Of a stretch of 9,167 nt of DNA, positions 1 through 9,167 are shown in pieces; positions within the stretch are counted from its first letter, which is position 1, and every line of letters starts with the position of its first letter. A program made the position numbers and the translations under genes. This DNA comes from Zygophlyctis sp. KS116. Lineage: Eukaryota; Fungi; Chytridiomycota. Below the pieces are notes generated by a model. The model had not been told where the DNA came from, did not search any database, and was given only the letters and a program-made list of their open reading frames with translations. Location of the stretch: NCBI GenBank assembly GCA_054661495.1, contig BAAFSQ010000352.1:1-9167 (forward strand), written 5' to 3'.

Positions 1-678
1 GATCCAAACATATCGTTTCTAGTCCTGTAGCATCAATACGCCTAGTCTTTTATTAGTAAATCCAATAATTTACCAATGCATCCCAAAAATGAAACTTTAT
101 CAGGCGATGCATCCGATCTACTGGATTTTCATTTAGTCTTTAATTAAAACATTTTAGAACTTCCTACCTGGCTTCTTGAATGACAATATATCTTCTATTA
201 TGTTCAGAAGCGATTGCCAACTCTTGTAATAAATTAGCCAGCATATAATGGCCTCTAATTTCAAATTTCTTGTATCCACCAGAATCAGCAGTTCCTAAAG
301 CAAAAGTTTTCGGCCCATAATCACTAACGGTAATTTGAAAATCTTTATCTGCATCCTCCTGTTCCAACAGTTCCTCTACAAGTTAAATTCACAAGTTACT
401 CTGCGTTTCTTCGACATTTATCAAAAAAGCTCTTGGTTTTGAATGAATTTCATCCGTCGAAGTTCTTCTCTTCCTCTCTGAATTTGCATTCTTAAACGGC
501 AGCGTTCCATGAAAAGACTATTGAGTAAATCGTCTCAATTTACAGTTGAGAACATTCGCAGTTTATTTGCAGAATCGTATCCATGAGCAATGGCATGATC
601 TGCATCATGATAGTTCAACTCTTCTTCCAACTGTGGATTCTTGACTGTTTTCTTTTCCTCTGTAAACTTTTTTGACAT
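1..678 (-). CDS. NTH1: Neutral trehalase (GH37), 5' part; runs off the window at position 1
   Basis: Exons 678-544, 517-400, 375-168, 137-74, 46-<1; introns 518-543 (26 nt), 376-399 (24), 138-167 (30), 47-73 (27). Spliced product contains RKRRTSTDEIHSKPRAFLINVEETQKELLEQEDADKDFQITVSDYGPK...RGHYMLANLLQEL...[29 protein letters not shown]. This matches the fungal Nth1 N-terminus: PKA-type RRxS site, Ca-binding DxDxDxQIT motif, MLxNLLQEL and LNENPVxR blocks. Confidence 0.93.
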
Positions 679-800
679 TTTAATCTTTTTTTATTAAATT
701 TGAAAGTTATAAAGTTGGAATTCTCGTAATTTTTGTCCGAAATCTTACATTTGATTCAGGAATTCTTGTAATAGTTGCATTTTCTAAAATAAATTATTCT

Positions 801-1280
801 TTACTTACCAGTGTCTATCCTTTTTTTGAGTTTCTCTAGAGATAATCTTTTCAATAGGCTAGATTTAAATGTTGCAATCTTGATCTCCTTTTCCTTGATC
901 ATCTTTTCAGTCTTTAAAGACTCTTCAATAGCCACTTGTGTTGCATTCTTTATAATACTTGCAGTATTTAATAACGGATTTTGAGTCTGAATGTATGGTT
1001 GAGATTTTGATTTGCTATATGGAATAATATATACATTACAAGGATAATTGATATCATAATCCTGTAAAGTTTCAAGTACTCTAGTTTCCATACTAGTATA
1101 CCGTTCAATTTTATAATTACAAATCGGTCCGTGACAGGCCAAGTTTAGAGTCCGGTCATGAAAATCCAATTTTGGGATTTTTAGAGTATTTTCAGTCTTG
1201 ACTACAATCTGATTAGAGACCTTGTTTGGTACTGGAGATTTAGATGCTGGATAAAATGGTCTCTTTTTAGAACCGTTCAT
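801..1280 (-). CDS. Hypothetical Lys-rich protein, 159 aa
   Basis: Uninterrupted ATG-TAA ORF of 480 nt in AT-rich DNA, filling the gap between two genes on the same strand. No motif recognised; the start is uncertain because the frame is open upstream to 1346. Confidence 0.55.
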   Translation of the reverse strand: MNGSKKRPFYPASKSPVPNKVSNQIVVKTENTLKIPKLDFHDRTLNLACHGPICNYKIERYTSMETRVLETLQDYDINYPCNVYIIPYSKSKSQPYIQTQNPLLNTASIIKNATQVAIEESLKTEKMIKEKEIKIATFKSSLLKRLSLEKLKKRIDTGK

Positions 1281-1329
1281 ATTAAATTCCTTGAATGACG
1301 TCTGCAGGTTCTGAATTGGTTTATAGTAA

Positions 1330-1815
1330 TTATTTTTGTAATTGTTTTATAAATTCAACATTCTTCTTTTCACTCCTAGAAAATCCCCAAGTTATTGAAG
1401 TTTTTGGAGACTTGTTATTTACTGATGTAAGAGTTGCATTATTATCAGGGAGATTACTCAATGGTTGTTTAGTTGCATTACTCAAAGATGGGCTATATCC
1501 ATAGCTTTGTACTGACCATTTTCCATGGCCTTTGATTGCAGGCGCAGTGCTATGGAAGCAGAATGGGAAACGAGAATCATGAAAGGAAGAGTTGGCTTGA
1601 GTCCGAGGATCTGCAGAGCCAGAAAAACATTTCTGTAATGAGAATAAAGAGTCTTACAACATGATAGAATAATCTAATCTTTCGGCCATCTGAGCATTAT
1701 GCAGATCTCAATTACCTCTAACAATCATTTCCTCATCCTTGTATATAGGCAATCTGCATTCCCTACAATTCCAGGTTCGGATGGATTGACCCTGGCTAAT
1801 AGTCCAATATTCCAT
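1330..1815 (-). CDS. Small protein (144 aa) with an N-terminal PARP-type (CxxC...HxxC) zinc finger
   Basis: Not in the ORF track. Exons 1815-1716, 1689-1658, 1632-1330; introns 1690-1715 (26 nt, GTAATT..CAG) and 1633-1657 (25 nt, GTAAGA..CAG). Product begins MEYWTISQGQSIRTWNCRECRLPIYKDEEMIVRDGRKIRLFYHVKCFSGSADPRTQ... The motif CRECRLPIYK...FYHVKCF only forms after both introns are removed. Confidence 0.8.
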
Positions 1816-1862
1816 AAATTATAATCAATAGATTTTATTCTTTTGTTTAGATGACGCATGAA

Positions 1863-5328
<3,466 letters not shown>

Positions 5329-6831
5329 ATGGACGCCAATCTTCAATCTAAACTTTCTAAATTCGGACAAGAACATGTTTTAACATTTTATGAATCGCTG
5401 AATCCGACACAACAAAAGTCTCTTATAGATGAAATTTCGCGTCTGGACTTTGAAAGGCTAGCAAGAATTTTTAAGAAAGCAACCACCGGCTCTCACGAAA
5501 AGACTGAAATAAAGTTAGCCCCATTCCCAAAGTCATCGTTTGATTCTTTATTAACTGCATCAAAGGAAGCTTTAAGTAAATGGTACGAAAATGGACTGCG
5601 GCTGATTGCTGAAAATAAAGTGGCAGTTATACTTTTGGCAGGTAATTTCTTTTTTTTTAATAGAAAAGGCGGACAAGGGACTAGATTGGGATCATCAGAT
5701 CCAAAAGGTTGCTATGATATTGGTTTACCATCAAAGGCTTCCCTGTTTGAATTACAAGGGAAAAGATTGCTAAAATTGCAACAGGTATCTAATTTTACAA
5801 TCTAAGGGTAGTTGGCGGAATCTATTGGGAAATCAAAGGTGACTATACCTTGGTATGTTATGACTTCTGGTCCTACTAGAGCTGCAACAGAATCTTTCTT
5901 TAAAAAGAATGGATTTTTTGGATTGGATGAAAAACAGGTTATATTTTTTGAACAGGGTGTATTGCCTGCGTTTACTCCTCAAGGGCAGATTATTTTAGAG
6001 ACAAAGAGTAGTTTATCAGCTGCTCCAGATGGAAATGGAGGGATTTATGCAGCATTAAGAAATCAAGGGATTTTGGATGATTTGAAGAAAAAGGGTATTC
6101 CATATATTCATGTTTATTGTGTGGATAATTGTCTTGTTAAAATTGGAGATCCTACTTTTATTGGATTTTGTGTTGATAAAAAGGTAGAATGTGGTGCTAA
6201 AGTAGTGCCAAAGAGATCTCCAGATGAATCAGTTGGTATTATTTGTCTCAAGAATGGAAAATACTCTGCTGTAGAGTATTCAGAAATAGATAAAGAGTCA
6301 GCTTATGCAAAAGGACCAGATGGGACTCTTTTATACAATACTGGAAATATTGCTAATCACTTTTTTACTCTCGATTTTCTCACTAGAATACACGATTTTG
6401 AATCTGAATTGGAATATCACGTTGCAAGTAAAAAGATTAAGCATGTTGACCTGAAAACTGGAGATTTGGTGACTCCTACATCTGCCAATGGAATCAAATT
6501 GGAGCTATTCATTTTTGACGTTTTCCCATTTGCAAAATCTATGGCAGTTTTAGAAGTTGAAAGAGTCGAAGAGTTTTCACCATTAAAGAATGCTACTGGA
6601 TCAGATTCTCCTGAAACATCTAGAGCGGATATCATGTCTCAGCATGTTCGCTTTATAGAACGTTCCGGCGGAATAGTACCTAGAAAAGATGGTAATGCCA
6701 AATGTGAAATATCTCCTCTGGTTACATATGGAGGAGAAGGATTAGAATCTCTTTCTGGTATAACAATAGACACGCCCTGTTACATTTCTTCTACTCAAGA
6801 TCTTTCAGCTCTTGCTAGCAAAAAACCTTAG
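5329..6831 (+). CDS. UAP1: UDP-N-acetylglucosamine pyrophosphorylase, 482 aa, 3 exons
   Basis: Exons 5329-5641, 5669-5784, 5812-6831; introns 5642-5668 and 5785-5811 (27 nt each). Splicing restores LLAGGQGTRLGSSDPKG. Other family motifs: PWYVMTS, FFEQG, APDGNGG, YCVDN, VEYSE, GNIANHFF, KLELFIFDVF, EEFSPLKN, EISPLVTYGGEGL. Confidence 0.97.
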
Positions 6832-6874
6832 AGTTGGAATTTTAAGTTTATTATATTTGAAATTATACAAGAGA

Positions 6875-7240
6875 TCAAAATCCGAATTGAAATTTCTTTG
6901 TCCCAATCTTTTTGATAGCCCAATCTATAATTTTACATCCTTGTTCTACTTGATCTCCGTAAACCTCTATATACTGTTTTGCTCCCGGACAATTTCCATT
7001 AGCCTTATGAAAGCATTCAAATATTGGGACTAATTTAGGACATGCACAAAATCCCCAATCCAATGTATCATGATCGAGACTTGTAGCAGCTTTAGAAGGA
7101 GGCATTCCACATTGACTAAAAGATGTAAGTCTAGACAGATTGATCAAGCATTCATTTGTCTCTTGATCGCATATACCAAAAACAGGCCCACTAAAAACTG
7201 AACAAGTTAAACAAGTGATTATCAATGATAGTAGAAGCAT
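6875..7240 (-). CDS. Small secreted Cys-rich protein A (121 aa, signal peptide plus 8-Cys domain)
   Basis: Hydrophobic N-terminus MLLLSLIITCLTCSVFS-GP. Eight Cys in the mature part, all aligning with the neighbouring paralog. Confidence 0.8.
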   Translation of the reverse strand: MLLLSLIITCLTCSVFSGPVFGICDQETNECLINLSRLTSFSQCGMPPSKAATSLDHDTLDWGFCACPKLVPIFECFHKANGNCPGAKQYIEVYGDQVEQGCKIIDWAIKKIGTKKFQFGF

Positions 7241-7376
7241 TAAAATTTGAAATGGTCATGCTTGACACAAACGGTCTTCCGTTTAAGCAGATCAAAGGAT
7301 CGTGAATTCTTAAAAAGAGATCTGCAAATATGGATGACTCATTCATCACTCATCATTAGAAAATATAAAATATAAT

Positions 7377-7814
7377 TCAATCATTTTGTTGCATCGATCG
7401 CCTTTTGCCCTCCTTTTCTCTATGAGTCTCCCATAAATGAGATACTTGAGCTCTTTCTCTTCTTCTTATTCTGATCATTTCTATTACTTGACAGACCTGA
7501 GGAAGTCTGATACCATCATAAATATCGAAATAATTTTTAGCTGCCGGACAACTATTAGATATGGCATCATCTAAACATACTAAAGCAGATTCAAATGTAG
7601 GACATGCACAAAATCCCCAATACAATAGTTCTTGATCATAGCTTGGATTAGAGATTTGTGGAGGAAGACCACATTCTGTATCTAGTGCTAATGCATCAAA
7701 CTTTTCCATGCATTCGATTGTTTCATGATTGCATTCTGCCCACAATGCTGGATTGTTATTCAAAATTCTTGCTAATAAACTAGACATTATAGCATATGGA
7801 AGCCTTGACAACAT
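7377..7814 (-). CDS. Small Cys-rich protein B, tandem paralog of A (145 aa as unspliced ORF)
   Basis: Same Cys spacing and shared CG[ML]PP, WGFCACP and CPxAKxY blocks. The C-terminus is uncertain: a candidate 26-nt intron at 7420-7445 (GTATCT..CATAG) would give ...RAQRKGGQKAIDATK* with the stop at 7381-7383. Confidence 0.75.
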   Translation of the reverse strand: MLSRLPYAIMSSLLARILNNNPALWAECNHETIECMEKFDALALDTECGLPPQISNPSYDQELLYWGFCACPTFESALVCLDDAISNSCPAAKNYFDIYDGIRLPQVCQVIEMIRIRRRERAQVSHLWETHREKEGKRRSMQQND

Positions 7815-7872
7815 TGATCTTGAAAATTTAATCTTGCGCTTAAATTACTGGATAAATTAAGCCAAAATTGCT

Positions 7873-8804
7873 TTATTTGATAATCACACTTGAAGACAGA
7901 CTTGCATACTCTGTCCAACTTCCGTCATACAAGGAAATATTTTGTTTTCCTAGATAATCTAGAGCAAAGTAGATTATAGATGCAGTAACACCACTACCAC
8001 ATGATGTAATTATTGGTTTGTCCAAATCTACATTTTTACTTTTGAAGAGATTTAAGAGCTGATCTCTGGGAATTAATGTCTTTGAGACTGGATCTACTAG
8101 CTCTGTAAAGGGTATATTTATAGAATTTGGCATATGTCCACTGGATAATCCAGGTCTTGGCTCTGAAGCAATTCCTAAAAATCTTTCAGAGGGTCTTGCA
8201 TCTAATATTTGACAAGATTGTTCTTTTAAAGCAAGTTGAATTTCACTATAATTCTTTACAAGATCAGGATTGAATTTTGGGTTGTAGATACTCTTTAAAA
8301 TTAGAAATCCGAGTCATAAATTACCTTGTTCACTTGTTGAATAGGACCAGACTCTACTGGTCTATTTTCCAACATCCATTTAAACAGCCCACCATTTAAT
8401 ACACTCACCTTTTCATGACCAAAAACTCTAAATGTCCAAAATACTCTACATGCTGGACCAAACCCACTAGAATCGTAAATCACAATATGATCAGACTCTG
8501 AAATTCCCAAATCTCCCATTTTTTGAGAATATAGTGTAGCATTAGGTAACATATGCGGTAGATTTGAGGATTGATCTGCAATTTGATCAATATCAAAGAA
8601 GATAGCATCCTTCCTTGTTATCAGATTAATAATTACCTTGATTCTCTTTTCTAAAAATTCAATTCCTCCCCTTCTCTGAGTTGACGGCATATGCCACGAT
8701 CCGTCAATGATTTTTACTCTTTTTGCATTATCTGACAGCCATTCAGTAGAGACTAGAGTTGAAAAAGAACTGGATTGTTGCAATATCCTTGTTTTAATTC
8801 CCAT
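7873..8804 (-). CDS. TUM1: Two-domain rhodanese / 3-mercaptopyruvate sulfurtransferase, 290 aa, 3 exons
   Basis: Exons 8804-8637, 8609-8325, 8292-7873; introns 8610-8636 (27 nt) and 8293-8324 (32 nt). Motifs: LVSTEWL, DGSWHMP, FFDID, PHMLP, RVFWTF, VLNGG, DARPSERF, EPRPGLSSGHMP, the MPST-type active-site loop CGSGVTA, and LYDGSWTE. Confidence 0.93.
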
Positions 8805-8891
8805 TATCGCCAAAATTAAATTTAACAGAGAAAAATTTCAAGTGATCACTCGCTTACAAAAAGATTCGTTTCAAATGTTTTGAATTGAAAC

Positions 8892-8896
8892 AAAAA
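8892..8896 (-). terminator. RNA polymerase III oligo-T terminator (second copy at 9115-9119)
   Basis: TTTTT directly follows the tRNA discriminator base on the minus strand. Confidence 0.65.
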
Positions 8897-8944
8897 TGCA
8901 GACAGTGGGGTTCGAACCCACGCCTCTTTCGAGAGAGGATCTTA
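8897..8944 (-). pseudogene. 5'-truncated tRNA-Leu(UAA) copy (anticodon to discriminator only)
   Basis: Minus strand reads TAAGATCCTCTCTCGAAAGAGGCGTGGGTTCGAACCCCACTGTCTGCA. Immediately 5' of it is duplicated TUM1 coding sequence rather than a D-arm and acceptor 5' strand. Confidence 0.8.
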
Positions 8945-9027
8945 TTTGCATTATCTGACAGCTATTCAGTAGAGACTAGAGTTGAAAAAGAACTGGATTG
9001 TTGCAATATCCTTGTTTTAATTCCCAT
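8945..9027 (-). pseudogene. Duplicated 5' fragment of TUM1 with a nonsense change at codon 22
   Basis: ATG at 9027. TGG (Trp22) reads TAG here because of the 8963 substitution, and the fragment is joined to the tRNA anticodon at 8944. Confidence 0.7.
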
Positions 9028-9119
9028 TATCGCCAAAATTAAATTTAACAGAGAAAAATTTCAAGTGATCACTCGCTTACAAAAAGATTCGTTTCAAATG
9101 TTTTGAATTGAAACAAAAA

Positions 9120-9167
9120 TGCAGACAGTGGGGTTCGAACCCACGCCTCTTTCGAGAGAGGATCTTA
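9120..9167 (-). tRNA. tRNA-Leu, probably anticodon UAA; only the 3' half is visible, cut by the window end
   Basis: TAA-G-A anticodon loop remnant, long variable arm CTC-GAAA-GAG (class II tRNA), T-arm GTGGG-TTCGAAC-CCCAC with B box, acceptor 3' strand TGTCTGC and discriminator A (Leu). UAA is preferred over AAG because it places G at position 37. Confidence 0.75.

Larger units (their letters stand above)
8722..9167. repeat. Direct tandem duplication, 2 x 223 bp (8722-8944 and 8945-9167)
   Basis: By-eye comparison shows the copies identical except 8740 C vs 8963 T. The unit contains the first 83 nt of the TUM1 CDS, its upstream region and the 3' half of a tRNA. Confidence 0.97.

Noticed and set aside
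6417-7033. ORFs 6417-6635 (-) and 6812-7033 (+)
   Set aside because: Antisense to UAP1 and to Cys-rich protein A respectively; no independent support.
8963-8963. RIP-like mutation (CpA to TpA in a duplicate)
   Set aside because: A single transition is not evidence, and RIP would be expected to hit both copies at several sites.
8885-9106. 73-aa plus-strand ORF
   Set aside because: Non-ATG start, antisense to the tRNA remnant and TUM1 fragment, and it exists only because of the duplication junction.
8722-9167. CRISPR array, LTR or phage attachment site at the tRNA
   Set aside because: Eukaryotic context; two adjacent 223-bp copies without spacers, and no integrase, transposase or terminal repeats in the window.
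7873-9167. Functional link between TUM1 (tRNA thiolation) and the adjacent tRNA
   Set aside because: Wobble 2-thiolation targets Lys(UUU), Glu(UUC) and Gln(UUG) tRNAs, not Leu(UAA); the adjacency is probably coincidental.

Overview
AT-rich, very gene-dense eukaryotic DNA, most likely from an early-diverging (chytrid-like) fungus. The taxon is inferred from fungal-type NTH1 and SERCA sequences. The ORF track is fragmented because genes are interrupted by ultra-short spliceosomal introns. I reconstructed 19 by hand, all GTA...AG and 24-32 nt long (mean 27). Left to right: 5' part of neutral trehalase NTH1 (-); a 159-aa hypothetical ORF (-); a 144-aa stand-alone PARP-type zinc-finger gene that the ORF track misses entirely (-); a 1030-aa SERCA-type Ca2+-ATPase with 9 introns (-); divergently, UDP-GlcNAc pyrophosphorylase UAP1 (+); two tandem paralogous small proteins with a shared 8-Cys motif (-); a 3-mercaptopyruvate sulfurtransferase TUM1/MPST (-); and a terminal 223-bp tandem duplication that breaks a tRNA-Leu(UAA) gene exactly at its anticodon. 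The best leads are the apparent length-based tiny-intron splicing rule, the 8-Cys (CFEM-like topology) family and the hidden zinc-finger gene. All gene models are manual reconstructions without RNA or database support.
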